Assembly: GCA_017654855.1 (NCBI GenBank)
Contig: CM030332.1
Span: 1,922,001 to 1,986,000, forward strand
From: Podospora anserina
Taxonomy: Eukaryota
Direction of reading: 5' to 3'
DNA length: 64,000 nt
Shown: piece after piece, positions 35,545-48,220 of the stretch
Numbering within the stretch: the first letter of the stretch is position 1
How the letters are laid out: every line of letters starts with the position of its first letter
The notes under the pieces: model-generated
Told to the model about the DNA's origin: nothing
Databases searched by the model: none
What the model saw: only the letters and a program-made list of their open reading frames with translations
Position numbers and translations under genes: made by a program

Positions 35545-36554
35545 GATTTCTTTATGATGAGGTGGGCGATGTGAAGATATCTCTGTTTTGGGTCGATTTC
35601 TCCTATGTTGAAGTAATTGAAGGAGGCTTTGTTTTGGGAGTCTTTGGGTTTGGAAATGCAAAGGGTAATGGATAGGTTGAATAACGATATCATTAGCATC
35701 TTTGTCGTTGAGACCTGTGGAGCCATGTTGCAATTGCCCCTGTCGAGCATGGAGCCGAAGAAATCAGGGTCCAGGGATCTGACTATTTGGGCATGGATCA
35801 CCACAATCTGCAACTACAACAAGGCAAACGACATAATTTTGGGCAGGTCAAGGAAAATTCCATGTTTTTTGCTTGGAATCTCGTGTTTGGAGGCAACATA
35901 TACCTAAGAGATTGCCAACAGTCTTTGCACTTCTTGTTGCCCTTACCTCGAATTGAACGTTGGTCCTAAGAGATATATTCAATCCTGATACCTTTTAGGC
36001 TAGCAACGGCGCTCTTGGACTTGGCTGCATGCATGCTAGAGCCAACGGTCTGGGTGACGACATAATTGCCAGCGACCACGGGAGTCAGGCATGACTTTAT
36101 GAGTTATTCAGTCCATACCGGGCTTATGACATCTAGTTTGACTCTCTTCAGCTCCAGGTCTGTCTTCATGGCATCTGCAGGGTACCAACTCAATCATTAT
36201 CTTGAGGAGTCGTTCCTTCTCAGATATTCAACCTCGGCTCCACAGCCTCCCGAGACACCGTTCCAGTCCCCCAGTTTGCGAAGGACAGAGTTTCCGCTAC
36301 TTCTCTTAGCCTCCTGCGGAACAAAGCTTAATACAAGGGATCAGACACACGCCAGAAAAAAAAAGGAAAGATCCAACACCAACCACCACGACACTCACAC
36401 CACGGGGGAACAAACTTGATCTATTCCCATCTCAGAAAATCCCTTGCCTTTCGTCCGAGAGCCTGCTCCTCCGTCCCATCATTCATCAACTCATCGCCCC
36501 GAGCCGGTCTCCTATTCATCACACCATAAACACTCTCGGCGAACAACCATAAAA

Positions 36555-36848
36555 ATGAAGCCACAAACCCTCCTCTCAACCCTTCTCTTCACAACCACAG
36601 CCACATCCACGACCCTCACCCTGAACGAAGACGGCAACTTTCCCCAAATCTGCACACAAACCTGCCGGAAAGCGCTCCACCTCGCCAACGCGGTACAAGG
36701 CTGGGGGAGAAGACTGTGCGCGCCAGGGTCTGACTTTATGAGCTACAAATTCGAGTGCTGGGTTTGCATCGCCATCAGCGGTGGGGGGACCACGAGGGGG
36801 ACCGAGTTTGAGGATGTGGGGAGGATGTGTGTGGAATATATGCCGTGA
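36555..36848 (+). CDS. Small secreted cysteine-rich protein (97 aa, 6 Cys)
   Basis: AAAAATG start context; signal-like MKPQTLLSTLLFTTTATS; Cys pattern CxxxC...LC...CxxC...C. Confidence 0.7.
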   Translation: MKPQTLLSTLLFTTTATSTTLTLNEDGNFPQICTQTCRKALHLANAVQGWGRRLCAPGSDFMSYKFECWVCIAISGGGTTRGTEFEDVGRMCVEYMP

Positions 36849-37339
36849 GGGTGGATTTGCTTGCTGTTGTGGGGAAAGAGGAATAATGAAATGGTGGCTT
36901 GGGATTGATTGGGCTTGGGAGAGGGGGGTAATTAATGATGGATGGGGTGGGACGGAACACAACTTTGCTGGAACCAAGGATGGGTGGGGGTTGGATTGCT
37001 AATATCGGAGTAAATGGGGTGGAATAACTTGCTCGTTTGTCACACATTACAGGAGGATATGTTATTAGACATGATCGAATTGAAAGGGTTGTAGTGGCAA
37101 GAGAGGCACACGGATAGCATGGCTCATATACACTGACAATGATGAGGGAGCGTATGTGATAGCTGAGCGAAACCTAGAAGACAGGAGCAAGATTAAGTGC
37201 GCATATGATCCAGATACAAGGTTTACATGGCATCAGACATATTAGCGTTGAATGGGTGGCGGTAGAGGTGAAGAAATAATCCATTATAGGCCGTTAAAGA
37301 TGAGACAACCTTTACTGAGCCCCCTGCTTATCTGACGAA

Positions 37340-37510
37340 GGCACAACCTCCCCCCACCTCCCCCTTATATAAAATCCTACTCTACTCCGAAGGGCAGTTT
37401 TTAAGGGTTGAAAAATATTTAATATGCCTTAAAAGATTGTTGAAAGACCTCAAATGATAATTCAAAAGCCTTTAGAGAAGCTAAGAGGCCTTAAAAGATT
37501 ACTTGAAGGC
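37340..37510. mobile_element. Short AT/TpA-rich segment, possible RIP-degraded repeat relic
   Basis: Abrupt AT-richness with many TA/TTAA sites and an internal repeat (gccttaaaagatt x2). Family not recognisable. Confidence 0.3.
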
Positions 37511-37635
37511 ACAGCCATGCATCCAGAAAGAACAAAAGGACGTGTATTAACTTGTGAAAGTACAACTGTCGCTAAAACTAAACTTCGCTATGTACCTAAT
37601 CCATCCGAGTACACCTGCTGGCCTCCCTTCAAAGT

Positions 37636-38682
37636 CTACCGGCCGTCAAGCCACACACAACTCTCACAGAGAACCGCAGTATACGACGCTGGATTTCGCT
37701 GCCACCACAGCTGAGGGGCTTGGTGATTGCAGTGAGGCGGGGCAATTTCGCTACGGAAAAGAAAGGCTCTTTGGACGTTGAATGATATGTTGGTGATGTG
37801 GCTTACAGTATGGTTCAGAAAGTGTTCCATGCTCTCAGACTTCGGGCAGGGCTGGCAATTATTCAACAAAGGCTGGCCGCAATTCAATAAAAGCTGGCCG
37901 CACTGGAAAGGACAGTTTTCCCACGTTCTGCGGTTGTGTACATGGTAGTGGTCTCGATAGAAGTGTGACCTCAGCTCTTCCTTCACTTCATAGATAGTGC
38001 CGAATGGACAGGTTACCGACGGGCAAAACAAATACCCAAGTTTGTCTGTGACACCCTCGCACGCTTCCCAGCGTTGAATTGGCCATTTGGGCGCTTTCCT
38101 GGCACAACAAAAGACTGTCGACATGCGGAGGGAGAGGCATGTAGCCAACCGAATCTTGATCACATTTCTGCATACGGGATTGTTTGACGCGATCAAGGCG
38201 TATATTTGTCTGTATAGATATACGGCGGTGGCGTCGAGGCCTATTCGATTCCATATAGTTGGTGGGAATATGTAGTAGTCGAAACGGCGGAGCTTGTCGG
38301 TTTCCTTGTGCAAGGACTGGAGTTGCCCCTCAAGTTCCTTTCGCCACTGCCAAACTTTGTCATCTGTGCAGGTCGAATATCCTGACGTCGACAGTGATGA
38401 GTCAGAGCTTATTCCAAGGGGGTCACGGTTGGACATACTCCCTAGCGCTCTTTTTATGCACAAAAGGCGGTATAATATAGCATGACGGATATCGTTGTAA
38501 CTTGCCGCTCTGGCGTCCAAGGAATCAGGCAAGCTTGCCGTGACTACCTCTTGGTCTACCCATTGCTGCAATCGTTTTCTCCATCTCGGTTCCTAGTCCT
38601 GGTCGAATGGCCGGTTGATAGCTGGAGGCAAAGCCTCAAGAGTACTTTTGAGTATCAACGGGTCGTTGCCATAGGGGGGCAT
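37636..38682 (-). CDS. Orphan protein with C2H2-like zinc-finger motifs; one in-frame TAG at codon 30 (38595-38593)
   Basis: ATG at 38682 is in frame with the 311-aa ORF: MPPYGNDPLILKSTLEALPPAINRPFDQD*EPRWRKRLQQW... Motifs FCPSVTC...LRSHFYRDH and CPFQC...FLNHTVSH; a 21-nt tandem duplication at 37861-37902. Confidence 0.55.
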
Positions 38683-39299
38683 GATTAAATGATTAATATA
38701 ACTTATGGCTGAGGGAGAGTCGCTGTGGATTTGAGTTCAAAGTAAACATCCGATGCTGGGTTGACCTGATTTGACCTGAGTTGAGAGAAATTGACGAGAA
38801 CGTTGGAGAATCGTGGATTCCATTCAAATTCTGTTATCTGTCGCCTGTGCCGTCCTTCCCTCCCTAAGGTACTTGCGCTTTCCGTTTCCCAAATCCAAAC
38901 AGCAGGCAAAGACCGGCCAAAGCAGAACAGTGAATGACAAATGGAAGCAGCAAAACCCGAGGGTTAGGGCTGAATCCATTCCGGAGGTTGCATCCCTAAA
39001 TCCGAAAGCCGAACTCAAGCACTACATTGACCCGTCTGTAACCTGTTGACTCGGGAAGCAGCAAGCCAGGAGGTCGCTCTCCCCATTCACATCCCGCCGC
39101 CATGTCAGCATCTTACATCTCACCCCCTCCGAGATCATCCCATTTACGCGTTCACATCCCGGAGTTACCACACACTATTCTCCATCAACAAAAGTTCCAA
39201 TAAAAACACTGCCACGGCATAAATAATCCACTGTCCACAACACACTCACAACCCAACGATTTTCCCCCTTCTAGCTACCTACCTAACCCCCCCCCAACC

Positions 39300-40107
39300 A
39301 TGTCCCTCACAGGCAAAGTCCTCCTCATAACAGGCGGAACGAAAGGCATCGGCCGCGCCACCGTCCACCGCGCAGCCTCCCTCGGCGCCTCCATCGTCTT
39401 CTCCTACCTCTCCCCAACAAGCAGCACTACCGCCTCCGAAATCGTCACCCAATCCGGCGGTCCCTCCCGCCTCCTCGCCATCCAAGCAGACGCCTCCAAA
39501 TTAGACCATATTGACAAGCTTGTCCACGCTGCCGTGGACAAGTTTGGCAAAATCGACATCGTCGTCCCCAACGGTACACATTACCCCCTTTCCCTGACGA
39601 AACTTCGCGCTGACGGGCTTTTTATTAGCTGGAATAATGGGCATGGTCGACCTCGCCCACGCAACAGAAGACTCCTACGACGCTCACTTCAACCTCAACG
39701 TCAAGGGCGCGCTTTTCCTGGTGCAAAAGGCTCTGCCTTACTTCCCACCTGAGGGCGGGAGGGTCATCTTCATCTCGACCGGTCTCAACACGGCGAGTGG
39801 GGTAAGTCCGGGCTATCTGATCTATGTCGCGACAAAAGGGGCCATCGACCAAATGACCCGGGCTCTGTCAAAGGATTTGGCCAAGAGGAATATTACCGTC
39901 AATGCTGTTGCACCTGGACCAACAGGGACGGACTTGTTCTTTGAGGGCAAGTCGGAGCAGATTGTCAATTTTTTGAAGGATCAGAGTCCCTTTGGACGTT
40001 TGGGAGAGCCTCAAGAAATCGCCGATGTGATTTTATGGCTGGCATCAGAAGAAAGCAAGTGGGTGTCGGGACAGATCATCAGGGTGAATGGTGCCAACAT
40101 GGTGTAA
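39300..40107 (+). CDS. Classical short-chain dehydrogenase/reductase; 2 exons (39300-39573, 39629-40107)
   Basis: ITGGTKGIG, PN|AG, FISTG, YVATK, NAVAPGPT and WVSGQIIRVNG motifs; canonical intron. Confidence 0.92.
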
Positions 40108-40180
40108 GTCAAGACATCAGTGGTGTATTGATGGGTGTGGTAAATGATCTCAGATGTTGCTCTTCCCACCCTTGAGTCAA

Positions 40181-42058
40181 CTAATACGTGAATCGGAATC
40201 CCACCTGGCAATATGTTAGCACCGGCTATGCTATTCAAAACACTTGATACACGTACCGTTTGCTCCAAAACCTTTCCTGTCCTCCTCAGTGAGCGGTTGG
40301 CGAGGTAGAAATAGATAGTGAGAAGACCAACGAGCGTTATCATCAGCAAATGGGATCTACATGTCGTTAGCAATAATTGTACCAAAAAAGGATTGCCAAC
40401 TTACCCTATAGATATCCAAACTGCGGTGGCGTAGTGTGGCGCCTCATAATTTTGGACAATGAAGCTACCAGCAATACCACCGGCCCCATTGAACATTGTA
40501 CATGCCGCAGCAGTAAATATACGCTTCCATTGTCTGCTGCAATGTTAGCACAAAGGCCTACATCCTTTGCCGGCCGATAGACATACCCAACAACATTGTT
40601 AGCTTGATACGCAGTAAGCGCAGCCCAGTTAGCGACGTAAGCCCCCGTAGCCAAAAAGACGCCAAAGTAGCGAGCCCCTGAATTACCTGCAAACCCAAGC
40701 ACAGCAAAGCCGGTGATGAGACAAGTGGCGTTGAATGTGATGACCGGCCCTCGTACCCGAAACCTGTCTGCGTACCAAGACGAGAGCAGCACAGGCACAA
40801 TGGCGTAGTAATACGGTGGTGCCGAAAGAATGATGGCCGCGTCAGACGAGTACCCAAGCCCGTTCTGGAGGATGATGGGTACAAAGTATGCCAGGGCAGT
40901 CGACACGATATTCTGCATGAAGAACAAGCAGGCAAATGCCCAGATCTTCAGATCTTTGGCGTGCTTGAGAACCTCAACGATGGAGAACCTCTGAGGAATG
41001 ACATCGCCGCGGTCCTTTTCGATTCTGCTGGCGACGATGTCGGCTTCTTCGCGTGTCAGGAAGCGGAAGCTCTTGTCGGAATTCTCAGGAAAATCAACCA
41101 TCCTGGGTAGCAAAGTCAGTGTTTGTCGACCAAAATGAAAACAACAAAACAGAACAAAACATACCACCAATAGGTCACAATCCCAATAACACAGGTGCAC
41201 ACCCCCTTTGACCATCAGTCAGCAGCAAATTCAAAGCATTGAAGCCAAACACCAAGGCCATAAAACCTCAAAGCAACCCGCAAATCAAAAGGGGGCCAAG
41301 AGTAAACAAAGCCCACCCACCTGCACAACAAACATCCACCTCCACCCTTCCAACCCCCTACGCCCATCCAACCGATTCAACCCATAATTCACCAAACTCC
41401 CCGTCGCCAACACCACCACCTCCCCGCTCTGCATAAAAGCAAACCTCAACTGCTGCTCCCCCCTTGGATACCACGTGCTAATCAAGTACGCCAACCCCGG
41501 AAAGATCCCCGCCATCGCCGCCCCCAACAAAATCCTTAGCGCAATCATCTGCTGCCACGTTCTCACAAACCCCGTGCACAACGTGATCAACCCAAAGAAA
41601 AAAGTGATAACGGAAAACCATATCCTTGGGCCGAGGAGGCGAACCGCGATGGTGGAGGGGAGTTGGAAGATGATGGACGAGATGGTGAAGATGAAGATGG
41701 AGATGGAGAAGCGGTTGCCGACGTCGAGGCCGAGGTCGGTGAGCATCGAGGTTACGGCTGCCGAGGAGAGGACGCCCGAGTCGAGGAGGTTGAGGGAGCA
41801 GAGGAGGCCGGCGATGGTGCAGAGGCGGAGGTCGACTTTGCGGCGGATGCGTTTGTAGGTTTCATTGTCGTTTTGGGGGTTGCTGGGGTCAGGTGGGTTG
41901 TGGGTGGTGTTGAGGGTGGCATCGCCGAGGTTTAGGGAGACGTTGCTGGCTTCACCGGTGGTGGTCTTTTTGTCCGTCTTGTTGTGGTGACGGTTGGGGG
42001 GCGGTGTGGGGGCCCCTGTTGTTCCGGGCGCGTCGAGTGCGCCGGTCGAGGATGCCAT
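40181..42058 (-). CDS. MFS transporter, anion:cation symporter (Dal5/Tna1-like) family; multi-exon
   Basis: RRKVDLRL, LISTWYPRGEQQLR, GLEGWRWMFVVQ|GVCT, DFPE..FLT, SAPPY, ADRFRVRG and C-terminal GFRFTY*. Stop lies 73 bp from the convergent SDR stop. Confidence 0.9.
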
Positions 42059-42734
42059 GGTGCTATGTCGAAAGTGTCGAGATGACTGTGCAGAGTTGGT
42101 GTTTTGGATTGGCGAGTCATCAATCTGACAGATTTCCTGTGCCCGACGTGTAAAACTCCCAGTTGGAAAGTGCTTGGATGAAAATATGCAGGGACGGCGG
42201 CAGGGTGGGGCTGTCGGTTGCGACATCGCACGGCGTCGGAGACAGGGCGGGAGCTTTTCGATCGGCAAATAGCGGCGTATCTTTTCCAATGTCTTACTTT
42301 TGACGTGTTACCTTCGGGTTTTTATTGAAGCAACAGCATCGGAGGTATCTGTGGGAGGTTGGAATGCACATCGCAGAGTCTTGGATCCGGGGGCAAACCC
42401 TCGGTAGTGCCTACCTTACTTCAAAAGGCTGCTATTTTGACGAGGTGAAGATGTCGGTTTTTGATCATGCCTTGTATGGGAGGAGGCCGGTCAGCGTGGA
42501 TCAGTTGACATCAGATATAAGGTCTTGAAGGTAACTGAGCATATTCATTGAGAAATGCTGCTCAAGAGTGAATTCATGATGTCTCGGTTCATATATACGT
42601 TCATATATGTCGCTACATAAGGCAAGGAGGTATCTTAAACAAATAATGCCCACGAGCTGATATACCTTAAATAATCCAACAAATGACGACAGAAACAAGA
42701 TAACCTCCTTTCACCCAGAATACACACCGATTCT

Positions 42735-43658
42735 TCAGTGTCCTATCCCAGCCATGACACGAAGGTAAGAAATATGAGGTGTGTTTGTCGTATCAAGACC
42801 ACTATGATGCTCGGTCTTGACGCTCAGGCTGATGGGCTGTTGGTGAAGGTTGATGGGCTGTTGGTGAAGGCCGTTGGGGGCGGGAAAGCCTGGAGTTGGT
42901 CCGAAGTGATGGTGTCGGAGTGGTTCGCCCACAGTCACAAGCTGCGGTGTGTTCAGGGAGATTCTGCCGGTCGCCATGAACTGATCCGCGTATATCGTCC
43001 ACTTGATTGTTGTCCCTGGGGTGGGCACTTTGGCCACCAGCATGGCGGGTTTTGCGCTTCTTGGACGGTTAGACGATCACACTACCAGAGTCGCTGTGAT
43101 TGTACGCAACTGAGGCAACCGATCCCTCGTTGTCATTAACCATCGCTGACATGTTTGCGGATTGTGGAAAGCTGGTGAGGTTGGGTTCAGATTGTCCCGC
43201 AACCTGGCACCAATTTCCGAAGGAACTCGTTTGCTGTGTGTTGTGGCCTGGGGACTGCCGCAATTGGTGATCCTTGGTGAAATGTCCCCGTTGGGTTCCA
43301 AGTGTTGCCAGTATTCGGTTCGTCGGGTGGCGGAAGGGCAGTAATTCGTCGTTCCAAGAAAGTGCGCACACTTTGAAGTGTGGTATCGATAGGTCCATCG
43401 TCCTCCGTTGCGGCGTCTTGGAGGTAGCAACTTCGGTCATACCGTTGGTCCTCGGTGATGGTGACGAACCAGTTGAGGTCCTGTCTGTTCAATTGAATCA
43501 TCCAGGGACCAGTTTTAGCCATAAGCTCCCAACATTTGGTTCCAGTCGTGAGGTTTTGCTGCTCGTCATCCGATTCTTGCTCAGAGTGGATGTCTTGAGG
43601 CTCGATTTGGTGAGTAGTTGATCTCAGAGCCGCCCATCTGCAAGTCTTCGTCCGTCAT
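42735..43658 (-). pseudogene. Possible decayed orphan gene
   Basis: Protein-like fragments in shifting frames (MTDEDLQMGGSE; HQIEPQDIHSEQESDDEQQN..MAKTGPWMIQLNRQDLNWF) and a 21-bp tandem repeat near 42830-42870. No family recognised. Confidence 0.3.
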
Positions 43659-44099
43659 GTTGTTGACTAGAGTATGAAGCCCTTGGGTTGATAGTGAGTC
43701 AATAATGATGCAGAAAACCTTGGTGATTCGACAGACAATGGCAAACTCCGAAGGGATATGAGATCAAGGCGTAAGTAGTGTGAAGGTGGATGAATGTGTA
43801 ATGGAAGCTGACTGAGAACGACATGGCATCAGTTTATGTGCCCAACGAAAGCAGGCTACCCAGGTGATTCATTCGAGTTGCTCGGTAACCGGTTCAACAA
43901 AGCAAACAAGTGTGCTAAAATTTCAGAGCCTGGCATACAGAGCAGCAGTGATAGACACATAAACAAACAAAATAAGCAACTCTATTGATCAAATTTTGGT
44001 GCCTAGTAATACGGAATGCGAAAGCCTAGTGCCACGTAGGGTAAATTACTGTTTCGCTGGTTCCACTTTTTAAATTCAGAGTGCATCGCATACACATGC

Positions 44100-44703
44100 T
44101 ACGCATGTTTTACCATCCTGAATCTTGGAATGGATCTCCAAAACTTGAGATAGTATCTGGTGCAAGATAGAGTTCAAGGATGGATTATTATTGACCTCGC
44201 CTCCAATCGCCTTGGAAATTCTGCGTTTTTTTTGTACTCGGTGCCTGTGTCTCTTCACCACCATCCCACAGGTTGTAGCTGCTTGAGAGCGCTGGCTCGT
44301 CTTGGTGTGTTGGATCGAGCCCATTGTCCACCTCGGGTTTGAGAATTGAGGTACTGCCCACGGGATCTGGGTAGTGCATTGGTATATCATTCTGGTTCTC
44401 ACCAATTGAGCCAAAATTGAAGTCAAAAATGCTGTCCAACTCATCGCGTTGATTGGGAAGAGATTAGTCGACAGTGGTTAACGATGTCACTTCCAGATCA
44501 AAGGTCGGGCAATTGGCGTTGGTGTCTAAACGGAGAAGTTACTCAAATATTTCTGGCACCTTCTCTTCCAAAATCTTGACCATGAGATCCTCTATTCTCG
44601 CGATTGAACTCGGCGGGAGGGTGGCTTCACATCCAATCGAGCGGCTTTGCCGAGAACAGCAATCGCCGGTTTGCCGATCATGATGTTTACAAGACAGGGC
44701 CAT
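44100..44703 (-). pseudogene. Orphan gene interrupted by several in-frame TAA stops (RIP-like)
   Basis: One frame from ATG 44703: ..IARIEDLMVKILEEKVPEIFE*LLRL..TTVD*SLPNQRDELDSIFDFNF..RRGQ**. Stops at 44541 and 44466 and a TAA TAA pair at about 44190. Confidence 0.45.
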
Positions 44704-45508
44704 TGAACCGAGATCTTAGAATTCGTGTTCGTGAAGAGTTGAAATTTGACCAACTGCTGTGATGATAATTTCGGTCCAGGAATGAGTTGTGGGCTCTGAG
44801 GCAGTGGAAAGCGCCACGTTGTATCATGGATTTATAATACTTGCGACAGAACGTGGGCTCTTCAAGTCTGCTCTTTGAGATGGTAATTCTTTATGTAGCC
44901 ATTTCCTATGTTACTTGACATGAAGCTGTCACTGAGAAGTAAACAAAAAGGGACGTTGACAACATGATCATTTCATAGGATTGTGGAAACAAAGGGCAAT
45001 TTGCAAAGAATTATATGATGACCACTTACTCAGGCATGTTTTTTTGAGCCCTGCATCGCATGAAACCTCATACATTGCAAACATCAACTGTTTCCCACGA
45101 TCCAAGAGGAACCTGTGAGGGTTAGGGATCTTGTTCCACGACGTTGATGCCAAGCCAAGCCACCTCAGCCCTAAAATCTGGGGTACAGCCCGATAACGCC
45201 GATTGGATGCACCGGTCGCCGCTTTTCTGATGACGGGACTCTGAGATCAACCGCGTGTCTCAGACACCGACGTTTCCGAGAATAGTAATCCTCCATTATA
45301 CATCTCGACCTCCAAAGCCACGTCTTCAACACTCTGTCCCCCAGATCTTTGCTTCGGCACACGCGCGCAAGCAAAACCCCTGCCCAGCAGACGCGCGCCA
45401 ACCAACAACCAGGCGCAAACAATAAAGCAACCAACATCCCCCATCACCCTCCCACCACAACCTGACCCAGCCGTCCAAGAAACCTCCTTCGAGCCCGATG
45501 CCAGTCCG

Positions 45509-46999
45509 ATGCTCTCCCCCCATCGAAACGATGAAGAAAGCGCCCCAAATTATGGCTCCGTCCCACGCGCGTCTCCAACATCCACGCCTCCACCAGCACC
45601 AGCCCGCGCGTTGGCCCCTGATCTCCTCAGAGGTCTGCTAATGGCCTTCATGGCCCTCGATCACACCTCCCTCATGCTGCGCTCCTGGCCCCACGCTACC
45701 GCGATCGACGGCGAGAACGATTCAGCCCCTGTCCACGAATGGAACCGTCCTGCCGCATACGTCATCAGAACGCTCACACATCTCTGCGCACCGGGGTTCA
45801 CATTCTTGCTGGGGATGGGGGTGGTATATTTCGGGAGATCGCGAACTTCTCGTCCGCCAGATAAGAGATGGACGACGGGGCAGTTGGCGTGGCACTTCTT
45901 TGTCAGGGCGTTGGTGCTGACGGCGATATCAACTATAATGGGGCTGGCGGTCTCGGGCGGGAAGGTGTGGTTTCTCAACATGGTGTTGTTTAGTCTGGCG
46001 GTGGATTACCTTCTCGCTGGGTTAACGTGGATGGCTGTGGCCAAGACGGAAAGATTACTCGCGTTTGCGTTGCTGAAGGTCCTGCCGTTGAGGAAGAAGG
46101 ATGATGTGACTGAGCCGTTGCTTCCTGGGCCTCAGCCGAGGTTGCATGGTGAGGAGGAGATGGCGCCTGATGTGGAGATTATCAGGGCGGCAGATATTTC
46201 GTGGCATATTCATAATGTGTTCCTGGCTATTGGGGCAGCGGTGATGATCTGGTGGAATATCTGGCTCAGCCCTACCGGAGGGAGGTGCGGTGTCGATCCT
46301 ACACCGAGGCTGCCGGGGAGCGATTGGATCAAGATTTGGTTCTACCCTATCATGGACGAAAGAGTCAAGTCTGGGTTTCCGCCTCTAGCATGGATGTCGT
46401 TCGCGGTTCTGGGATTACTCTATGGGAGGATCATCCTGGCGCGGGCGTGGAGTCCAAAGGCTATAACGTTGGGCAATGCTCTTGCCAGTCTAGGCTTTAC
46501 TCTGGTGTTTGTCTTCGCCAGGATCTTTCACGTCGGAAACCTGTCTGAGGGGTGCTTGAGCATGGCGGAGCACCAACAGGGAGGGGACCAGTATCTTGCC
46601 TCGGTCAAGTCCTTCTTTTACCTGACCAAGTATCCCCCTGATGTAGCCTTTTGGGCTTTTACCATGGCAGGTAACCACCTTTTGTTGGCGCTTTTTGGCG
46701 CTCTTCCTCCATTGTTTGCGAGCAAGGCTTTCCATGTCCTGCTGGTCTATGGAACATCGGCGCTGTTTTTCTACATTGTCCACATCTTGATGCTCGGGGC
46801 TCTATCGCTCCCCGTCATTGGGCTCATTGGCAGGGAGGTCAGCGATCCTTTCACCAAGCAACCTGTTCGGGGAGTTGATCAGTTGTGGGGCTTCTTTTTC
46901 AGTTGGGGGCTGCTGCTGGCGATACTGTATCCTCTCTGCAGGTGGTATGGAGGATTCAAGAAGGCGAAGGGGCCTGATTCGATATGGAGGTTCTTCTAG
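45509..46999 (+). CDS. Polytopic membrane protein, DUF1624/HGSNAT-like acyltransferase family; intronless
   Basis: APDLLRGLLMAFMALDH, RTLTHLCAPGF, FPPLAW, LTKYPP, FFYIVH and YPLCRWY motifs; many TM segments. Confidence 0.8.
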   Translation: MLSPHRNDEESAPNYGSVPRASPTSTPPPAPARALAPDLLRGLLMAFMALDHTSLMLRSWPHATAIDGENDSAPVHEWNRPAAYVIRTLTHLCAPGFTFLLGMGVVYFGRSRTSRPPDKRWTTGQLAWHFFVRALVLTAISTIMGLAVSGGKVWFLNMVLFSLAVDYLLAGLTWMAVAKTERLLAFALLKVLPLRKKDDVTEPLLPGPQPRLHGEEEMAPDVEIIRAADISWHIHNVFLAIGAAVMIWWNIWLSPTGGRCGVDPTPRLPGSDWIKIWFYPIMDERVKSGFPPLAWMSFAVLGLLYGRIILARAWSPKAITLGNALASLGFTLVFVFARIFHVGNLSEGCLSMAEHQQGGDQYLASVKSFFYLTKYPPDVAFWAFTMAGNHLLLALFGALPPLFASKAFHVLLVYGTSALFFYIVHILMLGALSLPVIGLIGREVSDPFTKQPVRGVDQLWGFFFSWGLLLAILYPLCRWYGGFKKAKGPDSIWRFF

Positions 47000-47275
47000 A
47001 GGTCTGCGTTGACGGCACGGGACTTGGATACATGGATAGATTGAGGCATCCGAGTATATTACAGCTACAAAAATAACCGCTGTATAATGTTTGGGTCCTC
47101 AATACTGTCTGCTCCGATCTTGGGTCTGTACCTGACCCCTTCCATGTAGGTCCATGTCGACAAAGCACAACACCACGTCATACTATTCTGCAACGCCATG
47201 CACCCAAGGCTCTCATGCTGCGTAGGTATTATTATAGACTTCCCTCGGTCTCATCCCATATGTGGCCGCTCGAGC

Positions 47276-48220
47276 TCAATCATACGGTCCTCCCATGCCG
47301 AGCAAATGCGGCTCAGCCTCTTCCCGCGCTGAGCGTTCTGACTCGAGCGCTTGACGAAGATACTGCAACTCTTCGGAGAGACGAACAATCTCGAGCGCCG
47401 CGGCCTCCATGGTGCTGCGGTGGGCGTCTCCGCTGGGGCTAGGAGGGGCTCGGCCACTGTTGCTTTGGCGTTCCTGCCGCTGGCTGTTTGCCGAAGTCTG
47501 GCCTTGGCTACCCACAGGTTGAGGATGATGGGGATAACTAAGATTGGGAGAAGCCAAGCGAGGTTGTTCTATCGGCTGGTAGGAAATATTAGGCCATATA
47601 CTTTTCAAGATGGAAACAACGGTTACCTACAGATATCGACGCTTCGCCGGTCCTCATTTTCATAGCCTGCCACGAGCCCACATGGATCGCTAAATCGTGA
47701 AGACGGGTCACAATACACTGTGGCACCTCGCCGCTGGTAGCAACACTGAACCCCTATATGATTGTCAGAAATCATGGGACTTTATAAAGGATAATGTAGG
47801 CCGCCAACCCCCCTCCCTACCTGATCGGTCCCGTTCAAGGAAGGGTAAATCGATACAAACCAAAGTTCAGCAGGAGCTCGATTCGATGTTTGGAATTCTT
47901 GGGCGTTTGGGTCGATAATTCCTGGTGATGTGAAAGGCGGTTAGTACCTAAGGCTAGGTAAGGTAAGGTAGTTATATTTCCCCCCCTCCGAGGCTCGTAG
48001 ATATATGTAAGTAGGTACTAGGCAGTACCAGCACTGTTACAAGCATAGTAACAGAGACAACGGAAAGGTTCGAGGCTGGTCAACAAGAGAGTTGAAGGAT
48101 CGATCAGTTGCGACATACTAATATTCAGAGCGCTGGGCATGAATCCAGTTTCCAACATTCGTTCAATATGCGCCTCTACTTGAGCGCCTGCAGCCGCGCC
48201 CGAACCGGTGTTGTTGTTCA
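47276..48220 (-). pseudogene. Possible multi-exon orphan gene or relic with a coiled-coil segment
   Basis: Fragments MNNNTGSGAAAGAQVEAHIERMLE and EIVRLSEELQYLRQALESERSAREEAE; splice-like signals around 47920-48017. No consistent gene model could be built. Confidence 0.25.
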
